A stretch of 64,000 nucleotides of DNA from positions 720,999 to 784,998 of the forward strand of contig JACJZU010000001.1 of the NCBI GenBank assembly GCA_020635435.1, written 5' to 3'. The translations under genes and the position numbers were made by a program. Of this stretch, positions 29,906 through 40,395 are shown one piece after another (positions within the stretch are counted from its first letter, which is position 1; the number at the start of each line of letters is the position of its first letter). The DNA comes from Flavobacteriales bacterium. GTDB taxonomy: Bacteria > Bacteroidota > Bacteroidia > NS11-12g > UBA9320. The notes under the pieces were generated by a model. It did no database searches. It was not told the DNA's origin and worked only from the letters and a program-made list of their open reading frames with translations.

Positions 29906-32722
29906 ATGCCCAAAGATCCCTCAATTAAATCCGTTCTTATCATCGGCAGTGGGCCGATCATAATTGGTCAGGCTTGTGAATTTGATTATTCCGGTAGTCA
30001 GGCCTCAAGAAGTCTTCGTGAAGAAGGCATTGAAGTCACCCTGATCAATTCCAATCCGGCCACTATTATGACCGATGAGGTCACTGCCGACCACATTTAC
30101 CTGCTTCCTCTTACCCCTGAATCCATTGTTCAGATCCTGGAAGAACGTCAGATCGACGCCGTACTTCCGACCATGGGCGGACAAACTGCGCTCAATTTGG
30201 CAAAGGAAGTTGACGAACTTGGAATATGGGAACGATTTGGAATCCGCATTATTGGGGTGGACATCAATGCCATAGAGAAAACGGAGAACCGGGAAGAATT
30301 CCGAAAGATGATGGTGGATCTGGGCATTGGCGTAGCTCCATCTAAAATTGCCAACTCCTTTTTGGAAGGAAAGGAGGCCGGTCAAAAGCTCGGATTTCCG
30401 CTCGTGATACGTCCCTCGTACACACTTGGAGGATATGGCGGCGGCTTTGTCCATGATAAGTCGGAATTTGATGAAGCCTTAAAACGTGGACTTGAGGCCT
30501 CTCCAACGCACGAAGTATTGGTTGAGAAGGCAGTATTGGGCTGGAAGGAATACGAACTTGAGTTGTTGCGCGATGCCAAGGATGATATCGCCGTGATCTG
30601 CACCATCGAGAATTTGGATCCAATGGGTATCCACACGGGTGACTCGATCACGATCGCTCCGGCAATGACCTTATCGGACTCAACATTCCAGGAAATGCGG
30701 GATATGGCCTTCCGTATGATGCGCGGAATGGGAACTTTTGCCGGAGGATGTAACGTGCAGTTTTCAGTGGATCCCGACACCGAGCAGATCATTGCCATAG
30801 AGATCAACCCACGGGTAAGCCGATCTTCGGCTCTTGCCTCCAAGGCAACCGGTTACCCGATCGCCAAAATTGCAGCCAAATTGGCGATCGGTTACTACCT
30901 CGATGAATTGAAGAATCCGGTCACCAAAACGACCTCGGCATTTTTTGAACCGGCGATCGACTATACCATTGTGAAGATACCGAGATGGAATTTTGAAAAA
31001 TTCCCCGGAGCCGATCGCAAACTCGGCCTACAGATGAAATCGGTAGGTGAAGTAATGGCCATTGGTCGCAGTTTTCAGGAAGCACTCCAAAAAGCCTGTC
31101 AAAGCTTGGAACTGAAACGCATGGGACTTGGTTGCGACGGATGGGAAACGCGCAATTTGGACGTTATCCTGGAGAGTCTCAAAAATGCGAGCTGGGACCG
31201 CATCTTCCACATTCGCGACGCAATTGCACTGGGTGTTCCGATCACTTCCATCCAGGAGATCACGAAAATTGACCGCTGGTACCTCGAGCAGATCTACGAC
31301 CTGGTTAAAACCGAACGTGAGATCCGCAAATACAGCATAAACAACATTGAACCCAAGATCCTCCGCATTGCCAAGGAAAAAGGATTCTCCGATTTTCAGA
31401 TCGCCTTTGCGATGGGGAATTGTACGGAAGATGATGTTTACGCAAAACGCAAGGAGTTGGGGATCAACCGTGTGTACAAAATGGTTGATACGTGTTCGGC
31501 GGAATTTGAGTCGCCTACCAACTACTTCTATTCCACTTTTGATGGCGAAAACGAATCTGTGGTCAGTAATAAGCGCAAGATCCTGGTATTGGGATCGGGG
31601 CCAAACCGAATCGGACAAGGGATCGAATTTGATTATTCCTGTGTGCATGGGTTGTTGGCAGCAGAAGAGACCGGTTTTGAAGCCATCATGGTGAATTGCA
31701 ATCCGGAAACGGTTTCCACCGACTTCGATACGGCAGACAAACTCTATTTTGAACCGGTTTTCTGGGAGCATCTTCGGGAGATCATTGAATTGGAGAAACC
31801 GGAAGGGGTTATTGTTCAGCTTGGCGGTCAGACAGCTTTGAAATTAGCTCGTAACCTGCATGAGAGTGGGATCCCGATCATTGGAACAACGTTTCCGGAC
31901 ATGGATCTTGCCGAAGATCGAGGGTCTTTTTCAGATCTGCTCAAGGAATTGGGGATCCCCTATCCACAATATGGTGTTGCGGCAACAGCATTCGATGCCA
32001 TCGAGATCGCCAACGAGGTTGGCTACCCGGTATTAGTTCGTCCATCGTACGTACTGGGCGGGCAGGGAATGAAGATCGTGATAAACGACGAGGAACTTCA
32101 AAAAGCAGTCATTGAGTTGCAAGGCGATCTGCCCGGTAACCGCATCCTCATCGATCACTTCCTGGATCGCGCAGAGGAAGCAGAAAGCGATAGCATCTGC
32201 GATGGCGAGGAAGTCGAGATCATCGGCATCATGGAGCATATTGAACCTGCCGGTATACATTCAGGAGATTCATCAGCAGTTTTACCTCCCTTCGGGTTTG
32301 GACCGGAGGTGATGTCCCAGATCGAGGAGTACACCCGAAAAATAGCCAGAGCTCTTCGTATAAAAGGATTGTTGAACATTCAATTCGCGGTTAAGGATAA
32401 TAAGGTCTATGTGATCGAAGCGAATCCGAGAGCCAGCCGTACAGTGCCATTCATTTGTAAAGCCTACAAAGTTCCATATGTGAACATTGCAACGAAGGTT
32501 ATGCTCGGCACACACAAACTCTCTGATTTCAATATACAACCACAACAGAACGGGTATGCCATCAAGAAACCTGTTTTCTCTTTCAATAAATTCCCCAAAG
32601 TGAACAAGGAGCTCGGACCTGAAATGAAAAGTACAGGTGAGGCGATCTTCTTTGTTCAGGATCTGAAGGATCCCTATTTCAGGGAATTGTACAAGGAAAA
32701 GTCGATGTACCTGAGCAAATAG
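29906..32722 (+). CDS. carB: carbamoyl-phosphate synthase large subunit (short form without the C-terminal allosteric domain)
   Basis: 938-aa ORF. N-terminus MPKDPSIKSVLIIGSGPIIIGQACEFDYSGSQA and a duplicated ATP-grasp half (KILVLGSGPNRIGQGIEFDYSCVH). Confidence 0.95.
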   Translation: MPKDPSIKSVLIIGSGPIIIGQACEFDYSGSQASRSLREEGIEVTLINSNPATIMTDEVTADHIYLLPLTPESIVQILEERQIDAVLPTMGGQTALNLAKEVDELGIWERFGIRIIGVDINAIEKTENREEFRKMMVDLGIGVAPSKIANSFLEGKEAGQKLGFPLVIRPSYTLGGYGGGFVHDKSEFDEALKRGLEASPTHEVLVEKAVLGWKEYELELLRDAKDDIAVICTIENLDPMGIHTGDSITIAPAMTLSDSTFQEMRDMAFRMMRGMGTFAGGCNVQFSVDPDTEQIIAIEINPRVSRSSALASKATGYPIAKIAAKLAIGYYLDELKNPVTKTTSAFFEPAIDYTIVKIPRWNFEKFPGADRKLGLQMKSVGEVMAIGRSFQEALQKACQSLELKRMGLGCDGWETRNLDVILESLKNASWDRIFHIRDAIALGVPITSIQEITKIDRWYLEQIYDLVKTEREIRKYSINNIEPKILRIAKEKGFSDFQIAFAMGNCTEDDVYAKRKELGINRVYKMVDTCSAEFESPTNYFYSTFDGENESVVSNKRKILVLGSGPNRIGQGIEFDYSCVHGLLAAEETGFEAIMVNCNPETVSTDFDTADKLYFEPVFWEHLREIIELEKPEGVIVQLGGQTALKLARNLHESGIPIIGTTFPDMDLAEDRGSFSDLLKELGIPYPQYGVAATAFDAIEIANEVGYPVLVRPSYVLGGQGMKIVINDEELQKAVIELQGDLPGNRILIDHFLDRAEEAESDSICDGEEVEIIGIMEHIEPAGIHSGDSSAVLPPFGFGPEVMSQIEEYTRKIARALRIKGLLNIQFAVKDNKVYVIEANPRASRTVPFICKAYKVPYVNIATKVMLGTHKLSDFNIQPQQNGYAIKKPVFSFNKFPKVNKELGPEMKSTGEAIFFVQDLKDPYFRELYKEKSMYLSK

Positions 32723-32729
32723 GAACGAT

Positions 32730-32945
32730 ATGCGAACTTTACTCCTTTTGCTGGGCATATATATTCTGTGGCGTCTGATAAGCAGATACTTCATGTTACG
32801 CCGTTTTATCCGCGAACAATTCGAACAGCAACAAGGAAATCCGCATCGTGGAAAAGAAGGCGAGGTCCACATCATCGACAAGCGCAACGCCCAACAGAAC
32901 AGAAATGACGGTGATGGGGAGTACGTAGATTACGAAGAATTATAG
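32730..32945 (+). CDS. small membrane protein (DUF4834-like)
   Basis: 71-aa ORF with an N-terminal TM (LLLLLGIYILWRLI) and an acidic tail ending GEYVDYEEL. Confidence 0.5.
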   Translation: MRTLLLLLGIYILWRLISRYFMLRRFIREQFEQQQGNPHRGKEGEVHIIDKRNAQQNRNDGDGEYVDYEEL

Positions 32946-32966
32946 TCCTGCATCACTCGAAGAGAA

Positions 32967-34052
32967 ATGAAAAGCATGCTCGATAAACTCGAAGGCATCT
33001 ACCACCGTTTCAAAGATGTTGAAATGCGGTTGAGCGATCCGGAGACCGTTTCGGATATGAAATTATTCAATCAACTGAATCGGGAATACGGCGATCTGCG
33101 TGAATTGGTTGAGCAGTATCACACTTACAAGAAATTGGTTGAGGACCTAAAGGGAGCGCGGGAATTACTTGAAACGGAGAAGGACCCTGAGATGCGCGAG
33201 ATGGCGAGGGCCGAGATCGACGAACTATTAGAGCGCAAGGAACCGTTAGAGCAGGAGATAAAAATGTTGCTCATACCGAAGGACCCCGAGGATAATAAGA
33301 ACGCCATTATCGAGATCCGCTCCGGAACGGGCGGAGATGAGGCGTCACTTTTCGCCGGTGACCTGTACCGTATGTACCAGCGTTACTGCGCCAATAAGGG
33401 TTGGCAAACGGAATTGGTGGATGTGGTGGAAGGCACGGTAGGTGGATACAACAAAGTAATATTCAATGTAAACGGGAAAGATGTATACGGAACGCTCAAA
33501 TTCGAGAGCGGGGTACATCGCGTGCAACGGGTTCCCGAAACGGAATCGCAGGGAAGGGTCCACACCTCTGCAGCCACCGTAGCCGTACTTCCCGAAGCAG
33601 ATGAGGTTGACGTCAATCTGAATATGAGCGACGTGCGAAGGGACACATTCCGGGCGTCCGGTGCAGGCGGACAGCACGTTAACAAAACAGAATCGGCAGT
33701 TCGACTTACCCACATTCCAACCGGGATCGTGGCAGAATGTCAGGATGGGAGGAGCCAGATGAAGAATTACGAGAAAGCACTCAAGGTTCTCATGAGCAGA
33801 CTCTACGAACGCGAGCTGGAGGCTCATCAATCCAAGATCGCTGCTGAACGTAAAACCCTGGTTTCCACGGGCGATCGTTCCGCCAAGATACGCACCTACA
33901 ACTTCCCTCAGAGCCGCATCACCGATCACCGGATCGGATTGACGCTCTATAACCTCGGCGACGTGCTCAATGGTGAATTGGATGAGATCATCGAGCAATT
34001 GAAAATTGCCGAGAACATGGAAAAAATGAAGGCCGGTGGCCTGATGGAATAG
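32967..34052 (+). CDS. prfA: peptide chain release factor 1
   Basis: 361-aa ORF. GGQ motif (SGAGGQHVNKTESAVR) and RF1-type PxT tripeptide region (RVPETESQGRVHTS). Confidence 0.95.
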   Translation: MKSMLDKLEGIYHRFKDVEMRLSDPETVSDMKLFNQLNREYGDLRELVEQYHTYKKLVEDLKGARELLETEKDPEMREMARAEIDELLERKEPLEQEIKMLLIPKDPEDNKNAIIEIRSGTGGDEASLFAGDLYRMYQRYCANKGWQTELVDVVEGTVGGYNKVIFNVNGKDVYGTLKFESGVHRVQRVPETESQGRVHTSAATVAVLPEADEVDVNLNMSDVRRDTFRASGAGGQHVNKTESAVRLTHIPTGIVAECQDGRSQMKNYEKALKVLMSRLYERELEAHQSKIAAERKTLVSTGDRSAKIRTYNFPQSRITDHRIGLTLYNLGDVLNGELDEIIEQLKIAENMEKMKAGGLME

Positions 34053-34119
34053 GTGCGATCTGTTTATAATTTGTTCGTAGAACAGATCAATCCACACATC
34101 GATGCGACGGAGAGAAAAC

Positions 34120-34127
34120 TATATTTG
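34120..34127 (+). promoter_or_regulatory. candidate -7 promoter box TATATTTG upstream of glnN
   Basis: Exact TAnnTTTG match, 35 nt upstream of ATG 34163. No clean -33 element. Confidence 0.35.
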
Positions 34128-34162
34128 TCGCTGCTTTTCCCACATTCCATAAACTCCTTCCC

Positions 34163-36331
34163 ATGCGATTCAAAGCTATCGAAATTGCTCAGGAAAGGCC
34201 TTATAGAAAGGTCGATCTGAGCGGGCACCGCATTGCCGAAATTTTTGCTTCCAATGTTTTTACGGAGGAAGTTATGCGATCCTACCTGAGCAAAGAAGCG
34301 CTCAAGGCCATTAAAAATGCAAGAAACGGCGAAAAGATCAGTCGCGAATATGCCGATCAGATCGCAGCAGGTATGAAAGCCTGGGCGATGGAAAAAGGTG
34401 CATCGCACTTCACCCATTGGTTCCAGCCACTAACCGGCAGCACTGCCGAGAAGCACGACTCCTTCTTCGAACCTCAGGACGGTAAAGCCGTCACAAAATT
34501 CAGCGGTAACGATCTCGTTCAGCAAGAACCCGATGCCTCCTCGCTTCCAAGCGGTGGATTGCGAAACACGTTTGAAGCACGTGGTTATACAGCCTGGGAT
34601 CCATCCTCGCCGGTCTTTGTGTATGAGAACACGAGTGGGAAAACACTCTGTATTCCCACGGTTTTTGTTTCGTATAACGGTGAGGCACTCGACTACAAAG
34701 CCCCTCTGCTCAAATCACTTGCCCTGCTGGATTCAGCTGCAACGGCAGTAAGCCAATACTTTGATCCGGCTGTGGAAACTGTTCAGGGTTCACTTGGGAT
34801 TGAACAGGAATATTTTCTGGTGGACCGCGCGCTTTATACGCAACGACCGGATCTGATCATGTGTGGTCGCACCCTGTTCGGCTACTCTGCTGCCAAGAAT
34901 CAGCAAATGGAAGATCATTATTTTGGCAGCATTCCGGATCGCGTTTTCAACTATATGTACGAGTTGGAAATTGAGGCGCACAAATTGGGCATCCCATTGC
35001 GGACGCGTCACAACGAAGTAGCTCCGGGCCAGTACGAATGCGCCCCACAATTTGAAGAGATCAATTTGGCTGTTGACCATAACCAGTTACTTATGGACCT
35101 GATGGATGAGGTGGCAGCCAAACACGGGTTCAAAGTATTGCTTCACGAGAAGCCTTTCATGGGAATCAACGGATCGGGAAAACACAACAACTGGTCGATG
35201 GTGACCAATACCGGTGTCAATCTGCTGTCTCCCGGCAACGATCCTGATTCCAATCTGAGCTTCCTGACCTTCTTCATCAATACCATCAAAGCCGTTTGCG
35301 ATCATGCAGATCTATTGCGTGCCAGCATAGCGAGTGCCAGCAACGATCACCGTCTTGGTGCCAATGAGGCCCCACCGGCCATAATTTCCATATTCATCGG
35401 TTCAACGCTCACAAAAGTTTTGAATGCCTTAGAGCAAGATCGAAAATCGGATTCCGGTAACGGAGGTAAGACCATTTCCATCGCCAAGATCCCTGAGATC
35501 ATGGTCGATAATACGGACAGGAACAGAACTTCACCTTTTGCCTTCACGGGCAATAAGTTTGAGTTGCGTGCTGTAGGTTCCAGCCAAAATTCAGCTTCGC
35601 CCATGACCGCTCTCAACACGGCCGTGGCCAATCAACTTATCATCTTCAAACAGGAAGTTGATGCGCTGATCGAATCGGAAAACCTCAGCAAGGAACAAGC
35701 TATTATCCGGGTTCTGCGCAAGGACCTCATTGCTTCGAAGAAGGTCCTCTTCGAAGGAAACGGCTACAGCCAGGAATGGGTTGAAGAAGCCGAAAGACGT
35801 GGTCTTGCGAATATCAAGGACACACCTTCTGCTCTTGCTGCCATGATCTCTCCTTCGACGGTGGAAATGATGGAGCGCCATGGAATCCTCTCCGCAACCG
35901 AGCTCCATGCACGGTATGAAATACAGTTGGAAGATTATCATAAGAAGATCCAGATCGAAGGTCGATTGATCGACGATATGGCCTATACACGCATCTTCCC
36001 TCCTACGGTTCGCTATCAATCACAACTCGCTCAGGCTATAGCTCAAATGAAACAAGCCGGGATGTCCGATGAGGATCTAAAACAGCACGTTGAGATCCTG
36101 GAGGAAGTAAATGGCCATTTCAGAAAGTTGAAAATACTTGTGGACGAGATGGTTGAAGAGCGCAAAAAGGCCAACAAGATCGAATCATCGGTGGAAAAAT
36201 GTCTTGCATATTGCAACAATGTGAAATCGCGCTTTGACGACATCCGTTACCATGCAGACAAGCTCGAGCGTCTCATCGATGACAATATGTGGGAATTCCC
36301 CAAATACCGCGAATTGCTGTATATCAAGTAG
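34163..36331 (+). CDS. glnN: glutamine synthetase type III
   Basis: 722-aa ORF, the size class of GSIII. GS catalytic region (HNEVAPGQYECAPQFEE; HEKPFMGINGSGKHNNWS). Confidence 0.9.
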   Translation: MRFKAIEIAQERPYRKVDLSGHRIAEIFASNVFTEEVMRSYLSKEALKAIKNARNGEKISREYADQIAAGMKAWAMEKGASHFTHWFQPLTGSTAEKHDSFFEPQDGKAVTKFSGNDLVQQEPDASSLPSGGLRNTFEARGYTAWDPSSPVFVYENTSGKTLCIPTVFVSYNGEALDYKAPLLKSLALLDSAATAVSQYFDPAVETVQGSLGIEQEYFLVDRALYTQRPDLIMCGRTLFGYSAAKNQQMEDHYFGSIPDRVFNYMYELEIEAHKLGIPLRTRHNEVAPGQYECAPQFEEINLAVDHNQLLMDLMDEVAAKHGFKVLLHEKPFMGINGSGKHNNWSMVTNTGVNLLSPGNDPDSNLSFLTFFINTIKAVCDHADLLRASIASASNDHRLGANEAPPAIISIFIGSTLTKVLNALEQDRKSDSGNGGKTISIAKIPEIMVDNTDRNRTSPFAFTGNKFELRAVGSSQNSASPMTALNTAVANQLIIFKQEVDALIESENLSKEQAIIRVLRKDLIASKKVLFEGNGYSQEWVEEAERRGLANIKDTPSALAAMISPSTVEMMERHGILSATELHARYEIQLEDYHKKIQIEGRLIDDMAYTRIFPPTVRYQSQLAQAIAQMKQAGMSDEDLKQHVEILEEVNGHFRKLKILVDEMVEERKKANKIESSVEKCLAYCNNVKSRFDDIRYHADKLERLIDDNMWEFPKYRELLYIK

Positions 36332-36356
36332 AATATAGCGAACGCTCTACAACCTG

Positions 36357-36386
36357 AAAGGCCGGATCCGAACATCCGGCCTTTTT
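36357..36386 (+). terminator. rho-independent terminator downstream of glnN
   Basis: AAAGGCCGGAT-ccgaac-ATCCGGCCTTT, an 11-bp perfect stem followed by a T-run, 26 nt after the stop codon. Confidence 0.85.
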
Positions 36387-36546
36387 AGTTACCAACCCTT
36401 CACTTGCCCGAAACGTCTTAAGGTTGAAACTCAGCTTTTCGGGGAAGCAAATGGCTGCCATCTGCCCGACAACTAATTTATTTGGAAATAGACTTAAATA
36501 TGTTGATTTTTGGCGGTATTAAGCGCACTAAAACCCTTTAAAAACG

Positions 36547-39111
36547 ATGCATTTAACGGTGAAGAAGACAGGTTACTTGGCAGTTGTATTGTCTCTTGTT
36601 CTTTTTGGCTGCAAAGTCAAGATGGAAGAAGCCAATAAAAATTTCGACCTGCACCAATACGCAGTTGCCTCCGACATGTACAAACAAGTACTTAAAGGAG
36701 ACATCTCAAAAGAAGACAAACAGCTGGCCTGCTTCCGTGCTGCGGAAGGTTACAGGTACACGCACGATAGCAAGAATGCCCTCAAATACTACGCTCGTGC
36801 CATTCGTTACGGCATGAAAGATCCGATCGTGTTCTTCCGTGAAGCAGAAATGCTCATGGAACAGGAACAATATACCGAGGCGATCAAGAAATTCTCCGAA
36901 TACCAAAAGATCAATCCATCCGACAAAGAGGCCGCTCTCAAGATCAAGGGTTGCGAACTCGCGCTGAAATGCGCCGATAAAAAGACCCGATACATTGTTG
37001 AGAGCTTCAAAGTTGCTAATGAAACAAAAACGGACGATCGCGTGCCGCGCTACGCCGATCGCAAACAGAAATCGATCATGTTCACATCGAACCGGGAAGG
37101 TGGTGTGAGTAAAAAACAAGATAAATGGCAGGGACGCTATTTCGAGGATCTTTACGTAACTGAGATGAAAGGTAAACGCGGTCGCGAAAAATGGCAGGCT
37201 CCGGTGTTGGTGGAAGGCTTTACCGAATGGAACGAAGGAGCTGTTACTTTCGACAAGCGCTATTCCACCATGTACCTCACGCAGTGCTCTGGTTTGAAAG
37301 GAGAACAAACAACCTGCAAGATCTACGAAGCGAAAAAGCGTGGAAAAGAGTGGGAACTGGATCCAAATCCGCTTCCATTTTGCTCGGATTCCTTCAGCTG
37401 CGGCCATCCTGCACTTTCTGCCGATGGCAAGAAACTCTACTTCGTGAGCGATATGCCGGGAAGTATGCAGGACGAGAGCAAAGAACCTTCGGAACGCACC
37501 AAGGATATTTACGTGGCAAACTTCGTTCGCCGGGGCGGAACCTGGGGTGAACCGATCAATCTGGGTCCGACCATTAATACGAAGGGAAATGAGTTATTCC
37601 CATTCGTTCACGATGATGGAACGCTGTATTTCTCTTCGGATGGACATATTACGATAGGAGGATTGGATATTCTCTTTAGTAAACCGAAAAGCGAAAGTCC
37701 TACGGATTGGGAAGAACCGGAGAACATGGGTTGTCCCATTAACTCCAGAGCAGATGACTTCGGTATTTTGGTTGATGAGAACAAAGAACATGGTTTCTTC
37801 AGTTCCGACCGTGCCCGAGATGGGGACGACGACATCTACGAATTTTCCATGACCCCGCTGGTGATCATTTTGAAAGGTACCGTTACCGACTGTGAAAGCA
37901 ATTTGCCGCTGAAAGATGCCCTCGTGGTCATCACCAATAATGTAGACTCCACCAAGATCCGTCTCAAAACAGATAACAAGGGATACTACGAAACACCTCT
38001 TCGTCCCGGAGTGAAATACGAGATCACGGCATCCAAGCGCGAGGACTATTTCTACGACAGTAAGCCCAAATTTGTATCGACGGAAGGTATTGATCAGAGT
38101 ACCGAGTTCGTGAAGGATTTCTGTTTGCGCAATCAGTGTGATGACGTGTTCGTTCTTCCGATCTACTACGACCTGGACAAAGCATTCCTGCGTCCTGAAT
38201 CAAAAGAAGTATTGCAGGGATTGGTAGAAACACTGAAGAAATATCCAAAAATGTCCGTAGAGCTTGGTTCTCATACCGACTGTCGGGCTTCCTACGAATA
38301 CAATATCTCACTTTCTCAGCGTCGGGCAGATTCAGCTGTGGCCTATATCATATCTCAGGGTATCAACCCTTTCCGTCTCGAAGCCAGAGGGTATGGAGAG
38401 AGTCAGTTGACCAACAAATGTGAGTGTGAGGGAACTAAGAAAGTACCATGTACAGAGGAAGAACACCAGGAAAACCGTCGTACTACTGTTAAAGTTGTGA
38501 ACTGTAAATATGAGTTCAAATGGAGCAATGCAGAAGTTCAGGATACCAATAAAGTGGCCATTGGTGATGGTCCGATCTACAGTGCCGTGATCATCGACGA
38601 GCGCAAGAAGTATATCATGAAGCATCAGGGTGAGTACGACAAAGAGATCAAGGCGATCGAGGATGAGAAGAAACGTCAGGCTGAAGAGGCCGAGAAAAAG
38701 CGCCTTGCCGAAATGTACGACATCATACCACTCACCGAAAGCCGCGACAAATACTACATTCAGGCCACTATTGGTAAGAAAAAGATCAAATTCCAATATG
38801 ATCCGGAGGGTACCAAAGTTGAAATTCCACAAAATGTGGTGGAGCAATTATTCCGCTCGAAGGACATCTCTGTGGAAGACTTCAATGAAGGTCGTGAAAA
38901 AATCAAACTAACCGACGGAACCAAGCTCACCAGTAACAGTTTCAAGGTGAAGACCATGGACATTGAAGGTATTCAGTTTGAGAAAGTGCGCTGTAAAATG
39001 GTGGATGTTGGAAAGCAACCTGTATTGGGTAACTCCGTCTTCTCCGACTATTTTGGCACCGAGATCAAAGACGGCAAGCTTTACCTGAAGAAAGTAGACA
39101 AAAAGGATTGA
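36547..39111 (+). CDS. OmpA-family peptidoglycan-associated lipoprotein (TPR + TolB-like PD40 repeats + CarboxypepD_reg-like + OmpA_C) with a C-terminal extension
   Basis: 854-aa ORF with a lipoprotein signal (LSLVLFGC). PD40-like repeats (LSADGKKLYFVSD, DDGTLYFSSDG, HGFFSSDRA) and an OmpA_C domain (IYYDLDKAFLRPES...LGSHTDCRASYEYNISLSQRRADSAVAYI...ARGYGESQ). About 200 extra residues follow the OmpA domain. Confidence 0.8.
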   Translation: MHLTVKKTGYLAVVLSLVLFGCKVKMEEANKNFDLHQYAVASDMYKQVLKGDISKEDKQLACFRAAEGYRYTHDSKNALKYYARAIRYGMKDPIVFFREAEMLMEQEQYTEAIKKFSEYQKINPSDKEAALKIKGCELALKCADKKTRYIVESFKVANETKTDDRVPRYADRKQKSIMFTSNREGGVSKKQDKWQGRYFEDLYVTEMKGKRGREKWQAPVLVEGFTEWNEGAVTFDKRYSTMYLTQCSGLKGEQTTCKIYEAKKRGKEWELDPNPLPFCSDSFSCGHPALSADGKKLYFVSDMPGSMQDESKEPSERTKDIYVANFVRRGGTWGEPINLGPTINTKGNELFPFVHDDGTLYFSSDGHITIGGLDILFSKPKSESPTDWEEPENMGCPINSRADDFGILVDENKEHGFFSSDRARDGDDDIYEFSMTPLVIILKGTVTDCESNLPLKDALVVITNNVDSTKIRLKTDNKGYYETPLRPGVKYEITASKREDYFYDSKPKFVSTEGIDQSTEFVKDFCLRNQCDDVFVLPIYYDLDKAFLRPESKEVLQGLVETLKKYPKMSVELGSHTDCRASYEYNISLSQRRADSAVAYIISQGINPFRLEARGYGESQLTNKCECEGTKKVPCTEEEHQENRRTTVKVVNCKYEFKWSNAEVQDTNKVAIGDGPIYSAVIIDERKKYIMKHQGEYDKEIKAIEDEKKRQAEEAEKKRLAEMYDIIPLTESRDKYYIQATIGKKKIKFQYDPEGTKVEIPQNVVEQLFRSKDISVEDFNEGREKIKLTDGTKLTSNSFKVKTMDIEGIQFEKVRCKMVDVGKQPVLGNSVFSDYFGTEIKDGKLYLKKVDKKD

Positions 39112-39158
39112 TCCCTCGGTGGATTTGATCTTCGATCAAGTTCCACGAGTTCGTTTTC

Positions 39159-40328
39159 ATGAATAAATACAGCAAAAGGGGCGTAAGCTCCCAGAAAGAG
39201 GATGTGCATGCCGCAATTTCCTCCATCGATAAAGGATTATTCCCAAATGCCTTTTGCAAAGTAGTTCCCGATCTGTTGGCCGGAGATCCTGCCTATTGCA
39301 CAGTAATGCATGCCGATGGGGCCGGTACCAAGTCAAGTCTCGCCTATCTCTATTGGAGAGAAACCGGAGATCTGAGTGTTTGGCGTGGGATAGCTCAGGA
39401 CGCGCTTGTCATGAATATTGATGATCTGCTTTGTGTTGGGATCACCGATAATATATTGATCAGTTCAACTATCGGGAGAAACAAGAATCGAATCCCGGGT
39501 GAGGTTATCAGTGCGATCATTCAGGGCACCCAATCATTCATAGAAGAAATGTCGGCATTGGGGATCAACCTAACCTTGACGGGTGGAGAAACAGCCGATG
39601 TAGGCGACCTGGTGCGCACTGTGATCGTTGATAGCACCGTAACAGCAAGGGCAAAAAGGTCGGAAATGATCGAAGTGGCTATCCAACCGGGTGACGTGAT
39701 CGTCGGATTGAGCTCAACCGGTCAGGCAAGTTACGAGCATTTCTACAACGAGGGGATGGGCAGCAATGGGCTCACATCTGCCCGCCACGATATGTTGCAT
39801 CATTCCTACGCAACCAAATATCCCGAGAGTTTCGATCCGGAGATCGATGCATCTCTGGTTTATTCTGGAAATTTCAAACTAACCGATCAGGCCCCCGGTC
39901 TGCGGACCGACGTTGGGAGGGCCATTCTCAGTCCTACGCGTACATATCTTCCGGTGATCCGCGATCTACTCAATGAAATGCGCAATTCCATCCATGGTAT
40001 CATTCACTGTTCCGGCGGTGCCCAAACTAAGGTAAGGCATTTTGCCGGCAAGGTGAAGATCATCAAAGACAACCTCTTTGAGACGCCGGCGCTCTTCCAT
40101 CATATCCAAGAGCAGAGCGGTACCAGTTGGAGAGAAATGCTGGAAGTGTTTAACATGGGACACCGGATGGAGATCTATTTACCTCCTGATAAAGCCCAAA
40201 TGGCCATAGAGATTGCCGGAAATTACGGCATCGATGCACAGATCATCGGTAGATGCGAAGCATCAGATTGTCAGGAATTGCACATAATGCATAAAAACGA
40301 CACCTACACTTGGAAAAGTGAGCGATAA
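39159..40328 (+). CDS. purM: phosphoribosylformylglycinamidine cyclo-ligase (AIR synthase, long PurM form)
   Basis: 389-aa ORF with PurM-family blocks VMHADGAGTKSSLAYL, LTLTGGETADVGD and IHCSGGAQTK. Confidence 0.6.
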   Translation: MNKYSKRGVSSQKEDVHAAISSIDKGLFPNAFCKVVPDLLAGDPAYCTVMHADGAGTKSSLAYLYWRETGDLSVWRGIAQDALVMNIDDLLCVGITDNILISSTIGRNKNRIPGEVISAIIQGTQSFIEEMSALGINLTLTGGETADVGDLVRTVIVDSTVTARAKRSEMIEVAIQPGDVIVGLSSTGQASYEHFYNEGMGSNGLTSARHDMLHHSYATKYPESFDPEIDASLVYSGNFKLTDQAPGLRTDVGRAILSPTRTYLPVIRDLLNEMRNSIHGIIHCSGGAQTKVRHFAGKVKIIKDNLFETPALFHHIQEQSGTSWREMLEVFNMGHRMEIYLPPDKAQMAIEIAGNYGIDAQIIGRCEASDCQELHIMHKNDTYTWKSER

Positions 40329-40395
40329 ACCGCTAAATTCGACAACCTTAACAGACACAGTATTTATAGATTAAATCTTTTACCATCGAACGTAT

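Noticed and set aside
31028-31771. 247-aa minus-strand ORF inside carB
   Set aside because: Antisense shadow of a strongly conserved gene, with no motif support.
29906-32722. carB only 938 aa (E. coli CarB is ~1073 aa): possible truncation or pseudogene
   Set aside because: The ORF is intact through both ATP-grasp halves and ends cleanly 8 nt before the next gene. The missing part corresponds to the C-terminal allosteric (MGS-like) domain, which I recall is absent in some Bacteroidota CarB proteins. No frameshift remnant is visible downstream.
33345-34097. 250-aa minus-strand ORF covering most of prfA
   Set aside because: Antisense shadow. prfA carries the GGQ and PxT motifs on the plus strand.
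36706-37407. 233-aa minus-strand ORF inside the OmpA-family gene
   Set aside because: Antisense shadow. The plus-strand frame has a lipoprotein signal plus PD40 and OmpA motifs.
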